DNA of 59,818 bases from Methanobacteriota archaeon (GCA_034660015.1 JAYEII010000142.1:1-59818); one strand, 5' to 3'. Counted from the stretch's first letter, positions 1 through 7,970 are shown. The notes: generated by a model not told the origin, from the letters alone. A program made the numbers and translations.

Positions 1-27
1 CAGATGAAGACAAGTTCTCGATATAGT

Positions 28-139
28 CAGGATTCAGGATACAAGATGCAGGATGCAGGATGCAGGATGCAGGATGCAGGATACAGGATACAGGATACAG
101 GATACAGGATACAGGATACAGGATGCAGGATACAAGATA
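28..139. repeat. 16 tandem copies of heptamer CAGGATR (CAGGATG/CAGGATA/CAAGATG variants); 5' arm of an imperfect inverted repeat enclosing the four-helix-bundle gene
   Basis: Read directly from 28-139. A complementary arm lies at 534-567. The first ~50 codons of track ORF 4..534 are only this array translated. Confidence 0.9.
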
Positions 140-153
140 CAGGGAGGAGGAGG

Positions 154-534
154 ATGATGGCTTTTCAGACGTATAAGGATTTGGAAATATATCAGTTAAG
201 TCATGATTTGGCAATTGAAATGCATAAGGTAAGCCTCAGCTTGCCGAAATTCGAGTTATATGAAGAAGGGAGCCAACTGAGGAGATCTGCTAAGGCAATT
301 CCTGTGAATATCGTTGAGGGATTTGGACGCCGCCGATATAAAAAAGAATTTATCCGATTTCTTACATTTGCTCTGGCATCCTGCGATGAAACAAAGGAGC
401 ATCTTAAAATCTTGTATGAGACAGAGGCAGTCAATGATGACGATATTTTTAATAGCTTTATCAGGAGGTATGAAGATTTAGGACGGAAAATCCACAATTT
501 CATTAAAGCTGTGGAATCTGGTCATAAATCATAA
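154..534 (+). CDS. four-helix-bundle protein of the '23S rRNA intervening sequence protein' family
   Basis: GGAGG-rich RBS at 142-153, then ATG at 154. Family-like segments YQLSHDLAIEMHKV, GSQLRRSAKAIPVNIVEGFGRR and ASCDETKEHL. About 126 aa, the typical size. Confidence 0.75.
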   Translation: MMAFQTYKDLEIYQLSHDLAIEMHKVSLSLPKFELYEEGSQLRRSAKAIPVNIVEGFGRRRYKKEFIRFLTFALASCDETKEHLKILYETEAVNDDDIFNSFIRRYEDLGRKIHNFIKAVESGHKS

Positions 535-567
535 TCCTGTATCATGTATCTTGCATCATGCATCTTG
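534..567. repeat. 3' arm (AATCCTGTATCATGTATCTTGCATCATGCATCTTG) complementary to the CAGGATR array
   Basis: Its reverse complement reads CAAGATGCATGATGCAAGATACATGATACAGGATT, a degenerate CAGGATR/CAAGATR array. It starts at the stop codon of the enclosed gene. Confidence 0.7.
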
Positions 568-584
568 GAACCTGGTGATTAAAA

Positions 585-1139
585 ATGGGCTTCGGAACTA
601 TATTCGCTACCATTGCTATGGTCGTGATAATTGGTATTTCCTCTTACCTGTTCATGACAGGCGCTCTGTTCACCATGGATACGTTATCCAGCTCACTAAA
701 AATAGCGAATGAAATAGATAATGAACAGCTAAAAACAGAAATAGAAATTGGGGATGTGGTTGTAAAAACATCAAACCCTGGCTCAGGAAGTTCCGATATA
801 AATGTTTCTATCAATAACACTGGCTCCACGAAGATATTAAAGTCCGAGTTCGAGCATATAGACGTGTTCGTCTATTATCATAACTACACGTCAGCCGGGG
901 AAAATATCACCATCCACCGGGGGATACCTTACAATGATACTAATTATAGTGCATTGCAGGGTAACGAATGGACCGTGGTGGACATCACGCCGGATCTGAT
1001 AAACCCGCGAATATTTGACCCTGATGAGCAGATGAAAATCGTGATACGGGTTGAACCTGCGATAAACAGCACGATGCAGAACGGGAACTGGACAAAAATA
1101 GTTATGCCAAACGCAGTTTCGGCTTCCAAATATTTCTAA
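585..1139 (+). CDS. archaellum accessory protein, FlaF/FlaG (ArlF/ArlG) family
   Basis: N-terminal TM helix (FATIAMVVIIGISSYLFMTG) followed by a beta-rich soluble domain, about 184 aa. It lies upstream of flaH-flaI-flaJ. The sequence alone does not distinguish F from G. Confidence 0.6.
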   Translation: MGFGTIFATIAMVVIIGISSYLFMTGALFTMDTLSSSLKIANEIDNEQLKTEIEIGDVVVKTSNPGSGSSDINVSINNTGSTKILKSEFEHIDVFVYYHNYTSAGENITIHRGIPYNDTNYSALQGNEWTVVDITPDLINPRIFDPDEQMKIVIRVEPAINSTMQNGNWTKIVMPNAVSASKYF

Positions 1140-1148
1140 ATATTTATA

Positions 1149-1248
1149 GACACAGATTAACACAGATTAACGCAGATGAAAAAATAACATAGCTAAACAT
1201 GGTAGTAGTATAACAATAAATCCGTGTAAATCTGTGTAAATCAGTGTC
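1149..1248 (+). repeat. A-type hairpin element (left arm GACACAGATTAACACAGATTAACGCAGATG, right arm AAATCCGTGTAAATCTGTGTAAATCAGTGTC)
   Basis: Arms built from 10-nt units are reverse-complementary apart from recurrent mismatches. First of three tandem copies. Confidence 0.9.
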
Positions 1249-1275
1249 TTAAAAAAGAACCAATTAAATTTTATA

Positions 1276-1337
1276 GACACAGATTAACACAGATTAACGC
1301 AGATGAATAAATTAATAAATCCGTGTAAATCCGTGTC
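1276..1337 (+). repeat. A-type hairpin element, short-loop copy
   Basis: GACACAGATTAACACAGATTAACGCAGATG ... AAATCCGTGTAAATCCGTGTC. Confidence 0.9.
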
Positions 1338-1364
1338 TTTCAAGAAAACAGAAAATAAATTACA

Positions 1365-1453
1365 GACACAGATTAACGCAGATTAACACAGATGATAAGA
1401 ACCAACACGGTTAAACTAAAATAAATCTGCGTAAATCCGTGTAAATCTGTGTC
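1365..1453 (+). repeat. A-type hairpin element with canonical loop (ATGATAAGAACCAACACGGTTAAACTAAAATAA)
   Basis: Preceded by the conserved flank AAGAAAACAGAAAATAAATTACAG. The right arm ends GTGTC, 20 nt before ATG 1474. Confidence 0.9.
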
Positions 1454-1473
1454 TTAAAAAAGCCGATTTAAAA

Positions 1474-1860
1474 ATGCCGATGAAAAGTTACAAATATAGG
1501 GCGATAACTGAGAAGATAATTGGAGCAGCCCAAAAAGTACACAATACGCTTGGTTATGACTTTTTAGAGAAAGTATATCAAAATGCGCTCGTTATTGAAC
1601 TTCGAACGCTGGGATTTGATGTGGAAGTGGAACAGCCCATAGCAGTTCAGTATAGAGATGAAATCGTTGGTAATTATGTCGCCGATATTGTCGTCGAAGG
1701 AAAAGTCATTCTCGAAATAAAAGCCGTAAAAGAATTGTCAGAAATTCACGAGGTTCAGCTCGTCAATTATCTTAAAGCAACCGGTATTGAAGTGGGTCTT
1801 CTAATTAACTTTGGTAGGTCTGTAACTGTGAAACGCCGTGTGATGGACAAGAAAAAATAA
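1474..1860 (+). CDS. GxxExxY family protein (PD-(D/E)XK nuclease fold)
   Basis: LGYDFLEKVYQNAL near the N-terminus, ADIVVEGKVILEIKA (D..ExK-type core), QLVNYLKATG and GLLINFG. About 128 aa, the typical size. Confidence 0.85.
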   Translation: MPMKSYKYRAITEKIIGAAQKVHNTLGYDFLEKVYQNALVIELRTLGFDVEVEQPIAVQYRDEIVGNYVADIVVEGKVILEIKAVKELSEIHEVQLVNYLKATGIEVGLLINFGRSVTVKRRVMDKKK

Positions 1861-1866
1861 ATTATT

Positions 1867-1945
1867 GACACAGATTAACGCAGATTAACACAGATGATAA
1901 GAATCAACAATGTTAAACTTAAATAAATCCGTGTAAATCCGTGTC
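1867..1945 (+). repeat. A-type hairpin element
   Basis: GACACAGATTAACGCAGATTAACACAGATG...AAATCCGTGTAAATCCGTGTC. It starts 7 nt after the stop of the GxxExxY gene. Confidence 0.9.
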
Positions 1946-1972
1946 TTAAAAAAGAACCAATTAAATTTTATA

Positions 1973-2112
1973 GACGCGGATTAACACAAACCTTTTTGCA
2001 AGCAAAAAGCTTTACCAAAAAAAATCGTACGTGTTTAGATAACATCTCTGTTTTTCTTTTAGCACAGGTTTTCTTTTTTCTAAAAAGAAAAAGTGTTGTG
2101 TAAATCAGTGTC
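1973..2112 (+). repeat. B-type (long) hairpin element: A-type arms with an inserted low-complexity multi-hairpin core
   Basis: The core ACACAAACCTTT...GCTTTACCAAA...CTTTTAGCACAGGTTTTCTTTTTT..AAAAAGAAAAAGTGTTG is shared with 12088-12225, 26256-26397 and 30559-30736. Confidence 0.85.
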
Positions 2113-2232
2113 TTAAAGAATATTTCCATTCATTCGTTAATAAAACTCTAAATGTTTGTTAAAAGAATTTGATTCGACAAAAGCCTTTTATCTACCCCCT
2201 TACATATCGGGATTAATAGAGGATGAAATAAA

Positions 2233-2976
2233 ATGGGAGAAGAAAAGGACGATGAAGAAATAAGCCTCGCTTCTGTTTTTGGCAGTAAAGAGGTACTTAC
2301 CAGCGGGAACAGAGAGATGGACGGGAAGATGGGGGGTGGAATACCCGCCGGCTCGCTTACCCTTATCGAGGGTGGAAACGATACGGGGAAAAGTGTTTTA
2401 ACGCAACAGTTAATGTGGGGGGCACTGCAGCAGGGCTTTAGCCTGGCTACCTATACCACGGAGAACACCATAAAAAGCATGTTGAAACAAATGGACAGTT
2501 TATCCTTAGGCGTATCCGATTATTTCATATTTGGAAACCTCAAAATATATCCCATTCATTTGGAGGGCGTAGAATGGACTGGAACCGTTCCTTTTCTCAA
2601 TTACATCGCCAGTTACGTAAAAGCTAAGTCCATGGAGGTAATACTCATTGATTCTCTTACTGTTTTCGTCTCTGACGCTTCAGATGCAGCGATTCTCAAT
2701 TTCTTCGCATCTTGTAAAAATATATGCGATTCCGGGAAGACAATCCTGATAACTGCTCACACGTTTGCTTTCCCGGAGGAAGTGCTGACCCGCGTGAGGT
2801 CAATATGCGACGCGCACCTCAGCCTGAAGAAAGAAGAGGTGGGGGATAAACTGGTAAGAACGATGGAGGTTGCAAAGGTAAGAGGCGCCCAGAAGACCAC
2901 GGGCAACGTAGTCGCATTTGAAGTCGAGCCAGCATTTGGCTTGCGAATAATTCCCATTTCCAGAGTAAAAGCATAA
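2233..2976 (+). CDS. flaH: archaellum protein FlaH (ArlH), KaiC/RecA-like ATPase
   Basis: Walker A GGNDTGKS and a RecA-like fold, about 247 aa. Its stop lies 1 nt before the flaI start. Confidence 0.85.
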   Translation: MGEEKDDEEISLASVFGSKEVLTSGNREMDGKMGGGIPAGSLTLIEGGNDTGKSVLTQQLMWGALQQGFSLATYTTENTIKSMLKQMDSLSLGVSDYFIFGNLKIYPIHLEGVEWTGTVPFLNYIASYVKAKSMEVILIDSLTVFVSDASDAAILNFFASCKNICDSGKTILITAHTFAFPEEVLTRVRSICDAHLSLKKEEVGDKLVRTMEVAKVRGAQKTTGNVVAFEVEPAFGLRIIPISRVKA

Positions 2977-2977
2977 A

Positions 2978-4789
2978 ATGCCAAGCATAGAACTGCCTTT
3001 TGAGCATAATAAAGTAGATATTAATGAAGACCCGCATGACCTGACGCGGTGTGGGTTATACCAGCTATTGCCATCCGAGGGTAAGAAACACGTTGAGGAA
3101 AGCAAACACGTTCTCCAGTATTTACACATGCTTCCTTCGGAAAACATTGGAACACCAAAATTCTATCCGAAACTTACGCGGAAAATGAAGGCTATAAAGC
3201 GACCAAATTTAGTCTATCCCGTAAATGAAGACATATCCGTGCATATATGCCCTGACAAAGAGGATTCGAGGGACTATTACATTCCTATCGAGCCTGTTGT
3301 TTTCAATAGCTTTGATGGCTTGATTGAAGAGGTAGAGAGAAAAATATCGGTACTGGTGGATACATACGATGAGCCGGAAAACGCCGAGCAGAAAAGGGTT
3401 ATTCTTACGAGCTGCATAGATGAGGTGTGCGAAATAAATACAGAGCCAAACGGGGGGGGTAATGGTAAGTGGAATGGTAATGGTAATGGTAATGGTAATG
3501 GTAATGGTAATGGTAATGGTAAAATCCAGAAGCTTATATCTAAATTCTGGGGTAGCTATGGAAATGGTAAAAAAGTATCTGTAACTCCTTTCGAGCTTAA
3601 GGCAATAAAATACCTTATGATAAGGGATAAAGTGGGGTTAGGCGTTTTGGAGCCTTTTATGCATGACCCGAACATCGAGGATATATCCTGCTCCGGGTTA
3701 GGGAACATATTCATAGAGCATAAGATATTCGAGTCGTTAAAAGCACCGGTAAAGTTTGTAGATAAAAAGGACTTAGACGCATTCGTCATAAAAATGTCGG
3801 AGAAGATAGGAAAACCAATCTCTTACTTCAATCCAATTATGGATGCCGTTCTGCCTGATGGTTCACGTATAAACATCATACTTGGAGAAGACATATCGAA
3901 GAAAGGGTCGAATTTTACCATACGGAAATTCGCCGAAACTCCTCTCAGCGTCCTTCAACTGATAGAATTTGGCACGTTTGATTACGTAATGGCGGCGTAT
4001 TTCTGGATGTGTCTTAGTTCGGGGCTGAATTGTTTCATTGCAGGAGAGACCGCATCAGGAAAAACAACCACAATGAACGCTATTACTACTTTCATCCCTC
4101 CCAGGGCGAAGATAGTGTCCATCGAGGAAACCCCCGAACTCCAGGTTCCACATCACAACTGGATACGAGAAATTACAAGACCCGTGCAGGGTAAGGGAGA
4201 AGGAGAAGGGTCGAGAGTAGAAATGTTCGACCTGCTGAAGGCTTCCTTGAGACAGCGTCCAAACGAGATAATTGTGGGTGAGATACGGGGTCAGGAAGGG
4301 CTGATAGTATTCCAGGGAATGCAGACCGGGCATCCCGCCATGTCCACTTTCCACGCCGCGAACGTCGAGAAGCTCATTCAAAGGCTTACCGGAGACCCCA
4401 TAAATGTCCCTAAGACTTATGTGGACAACTTGCATTTCGTCGTCATGCAAAATGCCGTAAAAGGTCCTGACGGCAGAATGATGAGAAGAATAACGAACGT
4501 AAGTGAAATAGTAGGATATGACCCTTATACCGAAAGTTTCAATTTTATCGAAGTTTTCAGGTGGAATGCGGAAAATGACCTCTTTGAATTCACCGGAAAC
4601 ATGAATTCGTATCTGCTGGAGCGAATAATAGCACCGAAAAAAGGTATTCCCGCGGGTAACGTGCGAAAGATATATAAGGAGCTGGAGAAGCGCGCGAGGA
4701 TGCTGAAGAAAATAAACGATTCCGGAGTTACGGGCTTCTACGAGCTCTTCGCCGTACTATCCAAGATGGACGCCGAGGGGGTGCTGTAA
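2978..4789 (+). CDS. flaI: archaellum assembly/motor ATPase FlaI (ArlI), type II/IV secretion ATPase superfamily
   Basis: Walker A GETASGKTT, plus SIEETPEL, IVGEIRG and FQGMQTGH motifs. About 603 aa. Translationally coupled to flaH and flaJ. Confidence 0.92.
   Translation: MPSIELPFEHNKVDINEDPHDLTRCGLYQLLPSEGKKHVEESKHVLQYLHMLPSENIGTPKFYPKLTRKMKAIKRPNLVYPVNEDISVHICPDKEDSRDYYIPIEPVVFNSFDGLIEEVERKISVLVDTYDEPENAEQKRVILTSCIDEVCEINTEPNGGGNGKWNGNGNGNGNGNGNGNGKIQKLISKFWGSYGNGKKVSVTPFELKAIKYLMIRDKVGLGVLEPFMHDPNIEDISCSGLGNIFIEHKIFESLKAPVKFVDKKDLDAFVIKMSEKIGKPISYFNPIMDAVLPDGSRINIILGEDISKKGSNFTIRKFAETPLSVLQLIEFGTFDYVMAAYFWMCLSSGLNCFIAGETASGKTTTMNAITTFIPPRAKIVSIEETPELQVPHHNWIREITRPVQGKGEGEGSRVEMFDLLKASLRQRPNEIIVGEIRGQEGLIVFQGMQTGHPAMSTFHAANVEKLIQRLTGDPINVPKTYVDNLHFVVMQNAVKGPDGRMMRRITNVSEIVGYDPYTESFNFIEVFRWNAENDLFEFTGNMNSYLLERIIAPKKGIPAGNVRKIYKELEKRARMLKKINDSGVTGFYELFAVLSKMDAEGVL
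3458..3522 (+). repeat. hexanucleotide microsatellite (AATGGT)n inside flaI, encoding a (Asn-Gly)n tract
   Basis: By my count there are 8 perfect AATGGT units at 3473-3520, preceded by degenerate GGTAATGGTAAGTGG. The repeat is in frame. Confidence 0.9.
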
Positions 4790-4790
4790 A

Positions 4791-6341
4791 ATGCAAAATG
4801 CGAAGAAGCGCAAATTGAAAAAGAAGAATTCAATACATATTGATATTGGGGCTCAAATAAAAGAGGACCAGGCAATGATGCTTGACCTTCTTAACATACT
4901 CACCTATATGTCATCCATTGCAACTTCGAATGTAAGCAGGGATAAGATCTTCGAGTTAGCTGCCCAACAAGAGGGAATTACGGCGAAATCAATGAAAAAA
5001 ATACACCTGTTAGCGAATAATTACGGATATGATTATTCGCACGCAAGCAAGTTGGCTGCGGATGAGGCGCATCATCCTGATCTTAAAGACTTCCTTACCC
5101 GGCTCTCGAACGCATTAGGGCTGGGGGAGGAGGAAGAGAAATTCTTTCGCGACGAAACGGAAAGAATGGTAGAAGTGTACACAAATAAATACCAGAGCGA
5201 TGTAGAAACACTGAAGAAGTGGACGGATGGATATGCTGCGCTGCTCGTATCGGTAATACTGGTCATTGCCGTAGTCCTTATAAGCACCATGCTGTTCAAT
5301 ATGGGCGATACAGTTACTACGTCTATTATAGCGGGCGCTTTATTTTGCTTCATTGCTTTTTTCGGCGTTTATGTGCTCTACCGGTCAGCTCCTTACGAGC
5401 TAACGGCGCATTCACTGGAGATAAAATCGAAGGAGCAGGAATTAGCGAGAAAGATGAGCATGATTCTTCTACCCACGACCGGTATTACCGCACTTATTTT
5501 AGTGGTGATAGGCGTGGAACCCTGGATAATATTTCTTGTGGTCGCAGCTTTGCTTGCACCGGTAGGTGTGGTTGGAATAATGGACGAGAAGAAGATAGAA
5601 AGAAGGGACTACGACATATCAACGTTTTTAAAGAGCCTTGGTTCTACTGCTGGAACCGTGGGGGCTACGCTTGCTGTGGCACTGGAGCATCTGGATAAGA
5701 AATCCGTTGCTTCGTTAGAGGAACCTGTAGGTAGGCTGCAGAGACGATTAGTTAACGGAATAAATCCGAAGGTATGCTGGCGTTATTTCTCAGGAGAAAC
5801 GGGGTCCGAATTAATAAACAAATATACAAACGTGTTCTTAGATGCGACAGACCTTGGAGGCAATCCGACAAAGATAGGCGAAATAGTTGCTCACTCTTCA
5901 TTGGGAATAGCCATATTAAGAGCGAAAAGAAAGCTTGTATCCACCGGGTTCATGAATCTTGTAATACCTCTGCATGCGGCGATGGCAGGTATTCTCATGT
6001 TCATATACCGGATAATGTTTTCGTTCAATAATTCAGTAGCAGCGATGATGGAGGAGAAATCAGCAGAGGTCGGGGGAGCGGGGGGGAGTATGCCGACAGG
6101 CATGGGCTTCTTTAATATCGGCGGGACCACTGACCTCGCTTTCATCGCAAATTACGTGACTGTCATTATCCTCATAATAACGATTGCCAATGTGTTTGCG
6201 ACGAAGTTCGCAGTCGGTGGTAGCAACTACACGCTGTGCTTCTATGCTTCTATTTTATTCTTCGTCTCCGCAATCGTTCTGTTCACCATCCCAATAATGG
6301 CAGATAGCATTTTCGGAATACAAATGGGTGCTGGTGGATAA
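4791..6341 (+). CDS. flaJ: archaellum membrane platform protein FlaJ (ArlJ)
   Basis: Polytopic membrane protein of about 516 aa with two TadC/GspF-like halves. Its start is 1 nt after the flaI stop. Confidence 0.85.
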   Translation: MQNAKKRKLKKKNSIHIDIGAQIKEDQAMMLDLLNILTYMSSIATSNVSRDKIFELAAQQEGITAKSMKKIHLLANNYGYDYSHASKLAADEAHHPDLKDFLTRLSNALGLGEEEEKFFRDETERMVEVYTNKYQSDVETLKKWTDGYAALLVSVILVIAVVLISTMLFNMGDTVTTSIIAGALFCFIAFFGVYVLYRSAPYELTAHSLEIKSKEQELARKMSMILLPTTGITALILVVIGVEPWIIFLVVAALLAPVGVVGIMDEKKIERRDYDISTFLKSLGSTAGTVGATLAVALEHLDKKSVASLEEPVGRLQRRLVNGINPKVCWRYFSGETGSELINKYTNVFLDATDLGGNPTKIGEIVAHSSLGIAILRAKRKLVSTGFMNLVIPLHAAMAGILMFIYRIMFSFNNSVAAMMEEKSAEVGGAGGSMPTGMGFFNIGGTTDLAFIANYVTVIILIITIANVFATKFAVGGSNYTLCFYASILFFVSAIVLFTIPIMADSIFGIQMGAGG

Positions 6342-6350
6342 TAAAGTATT

Positions 6351-6439
6351 GACACAGATTAACACAGATGATAAAAATCAACAATGTTAACGTAAATTTA
6401 ACGTAAATAAATCTGCGTAAATCCGTGTTAATCCGTGTC
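6351..6439 (+). repeat. A-type hairpin element plus conserved tail
   Basis: GACACAGATTAACACAGATG...AAATCTGCGTAAATCCGTGTTAATCCGTGTC followed by TTAAATAGGAGGCAGTCGGATATACTTTATGCACAAT. Confidence 0.9.
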
Positions 6440-6500
6440 TTAAATAGGAGGCAGTCGGATATACTTTATGCACAATAAGAAAGAAAAGGAGGAACGTAAA

Positions 6501-6929
6501 ATGGGGTATCTAAAAAAAATTGGGGATGCGAGTAAGAAGCGGGATATTTTAGCGTCTTCGCATCCTGAAGAGGAAAAGAGCGAGGGGATAGGTATGGGTG
6601 ACAATATAGAAGGAGCAGAAATATTCGAGGATTTCGATAAGGAAAAAGATAAAGTAGGCGAGTGGTGGTTACAAAAAGGAGTGGAGGAGGCAGTAGAAGA
6701 GGAACCCGAAGAAGAGGAGGAGGAATGGGGAGAGGAGGCAGAGGGAGAGAAAGAAGAGGATAAGGATGATTTGATATACAGTTTAAGAGAGGAAGACGAA
6801 GAGGAGGAGGTGGATATGGCGTTGAAGTCCGTGATGGACGAGATAGGAAGTGCGAGTGCAGAGGAATTATTAGAATTGGGAAGAACGGCTTTGCGTGAGA
6901 TGGGGGAAGGGAGTGGGGATGGAGAATGA
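6501..6929 (+). CDS. hypothetical, extremely acidic (Glu/Asp-rich) low-complexity protein
   Basis: ATG 6501 is preceded by the RBS AAGGAGGA. The track start at 6468 lies inside the repeat tail. EEEPEEEEEEWGEEAEGEKEEDKDD. Confidence 0.5.
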   Translation: MGYLKKIGDASKKRDILASSHPEEEKSEGIGMGDNIEGAEIFEDFDKEKDKVGEWWLQKGVEEAVEEEPEEEEEEWGEEAEGEKEEDKDDLIYSLREEDEEEEVDMALKSVMDEIGSASAEELLELGRTALREMGEGSGDGE

Positions 6930-6963
6930 GGTGATGGTTCCCCCCGTCAATGTATAGGTAAAA

Positions 6964-7200
6964 ATGGTAAAAGACGTTTTCTCTTTTGCGCTTGTAACCG
7001 TGGGCATCTTATCCCTGGTAGTTGGCTTCTGGGGCATCTACATCACGGCAATAATGACGCGAGAAGTCCTCCTTCGTCTATCGATGCAGGGGTATGTTAG
7101 CGAATTGGGAGTTGTATTCTGGAATGTTATATTGTTTGCCGCACTTATAGCCGCGGGTGGTATTGCAATTGGCTATGCCGTGGGCAAAAAATACGCTTAA
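6964..7200 (+). CDS. hypothetical small membrane protein (2 TM helices)
   Basis: Two hydrophobic helices (FALVTVGILSLVVGFWGIYI and VILFAALIAAGGIAIGYAV). Confidence 0.45.
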   Translation: MVKDVFSFALVTVGILSLVVGFWGIYITAIMTREVLLRLSMQGYVSELGVVFWNVILFAALIAAGGIAIGYAVGKKYA

Positions 7201-7210
7201 AATCTTTAAA

Positions 7211-7427
7211 GACACGGATTAACGCAGATTAACACAGATGATAAGAATCAACACGGTAAAACTAAATCACAGTAACAAGAAAGAATAATTTTTGATAATC
7301 GGACGCAGATGAACGCAGATAATCAGGATTTTAAACTTAATTTTGGCACTAAACCGGAAGTTAAACGTAAGGCATTTGATAATTTGAGGAAATAGTTTTC
7401 TGCGTAAATCCGTGTAAATCTGCGTCC
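7211..7427 (+). repeat. composite element: A-type left arm followed by a complete C-type hairpin (7301-7427)
   Basis: GACACGGATTAACGCAGATTAACACAGATG..., then GGACGCAGATGAACGCAGATAATCAGGATTTTAAA...TTCTGCGTAAATCCGTGTAAATCTGCGTCC. The same C-type unit occurs at 18115-18215 and 57989-58081. Confidence 0.85.
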
Positions 7428-7586
7428 TAAATAGGTAGAAGTTATACTTTAAAATTGCAAATGTTGTAAATTTATTTTGTAATATTTAAAATTTTTTATT
7501 GTATTATTCCTTGCTGCACTAAAGAACTACTTATAGCGGTTTTATGAAGGAATAGAAGGCAAATATCGCTTAAAAAAACCGAAAAA

Positions 7587-7596
7587 CTTATATACT
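7587..7596 (+). promoter_or_regulatory. candidate TATA box (ACTTATATAC) for the 7617/7620 gene
   Basis: Its centre is about 27-28 nt upstream of GTG 7617 / ATG 7620, consistent with a leaderless archaeal transcript. Confidence 0.35.
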
Positions 7597-7616
7597 TCCT
7601 TTTCTAATATATCACT

Positions 7617-7946
7617 GTGATGAACTACCCAAATAGAATGTTTGTATTTTCCATCCCATACTTCGTGCTCAACTTACTTGACCTTATCACCACACGAGTA
7701 GCGCTTGCAAGCACTGAAAACCTATACGAACTAAATCCCTTTTATCATCACCCTTATTCCGTGCCTTTGAAGATATTCGCACCGATTCTCCTGCTCGTCT
7801 TTTATCTCACCCTATACTACTTTAATAAATCAGAGCAAGGGAAAAGGACAATAGGGAAATATGGATTGTGTTGCGTAATTGCACTGACAATCTTATATTC
7901 AATTATTTGTATTAATAACGTATGCCAATGGGCATTTGTGGTCTGA
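7617..7946 (+). CDS. small polytopic membrane protein, DUF5658-like
   Basis: NLLDLITTRVAL...ELNP motif and 3-4 TM helices. The start is either GTG 7617 or ATG 7620. Confidence 0.5.
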   Translation: MMNYPNRMFVFSIPYFVLNLLDLITTRVALASTENLYELNPFYHHPYSVPLKIFAPILLLVFYLTLYYFNKSEQGKRTIGKYGLCCVIALTILYSIICINNVCQWAFVV

Positions 7947-7970
7947 TGCAACAAGAAAAAATAAATTATT

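Noticed and set aside
4-153. N-terminal 50 codons of track ORF 4..534 (MKTSSRYSQDSGYKMQDAGCRMQDAGYRIQDTGYR...)
   Set aside because: This stretch is the CAGGATR heptamer array translated. A GGAGG-rich RBS and an ATG at 154 immediately precede the conserved four-helix-bundle domain.
1141-2112. Regularly spaced repeats that look superficially like a CRISPR array
   Set aside because: The repeats are alternating inverted arms forming hairpins. The 'spacers' are themselves conserved loop sequences. The unit spacing is irregular, and there are no cas genes or leader. The same elements are dispersed singly across the window.
5219-5698. 159-aa alternative-frame ORF within flaJ, and other internal ORFs (5072..5353 -, 5774..6031 +, 5891..6145 -)
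   Set aside because: They are embedded in the flaJ coding frame. The Arg/Cys-rich composition is typical of an off-frame translation.
6468-6500. ORF-track starts inside the repeat tail (ATG of TTTATGCACAAT at 6468; similarly 8028, 12273, 12974, 18396)
   Set aside because: These start codons belong to the conserved repeat tail or arms. Better starts with an RBS, paralog support or domain boundaries lie downstream at 6501, 8082, 12282, 12983 and 18438.
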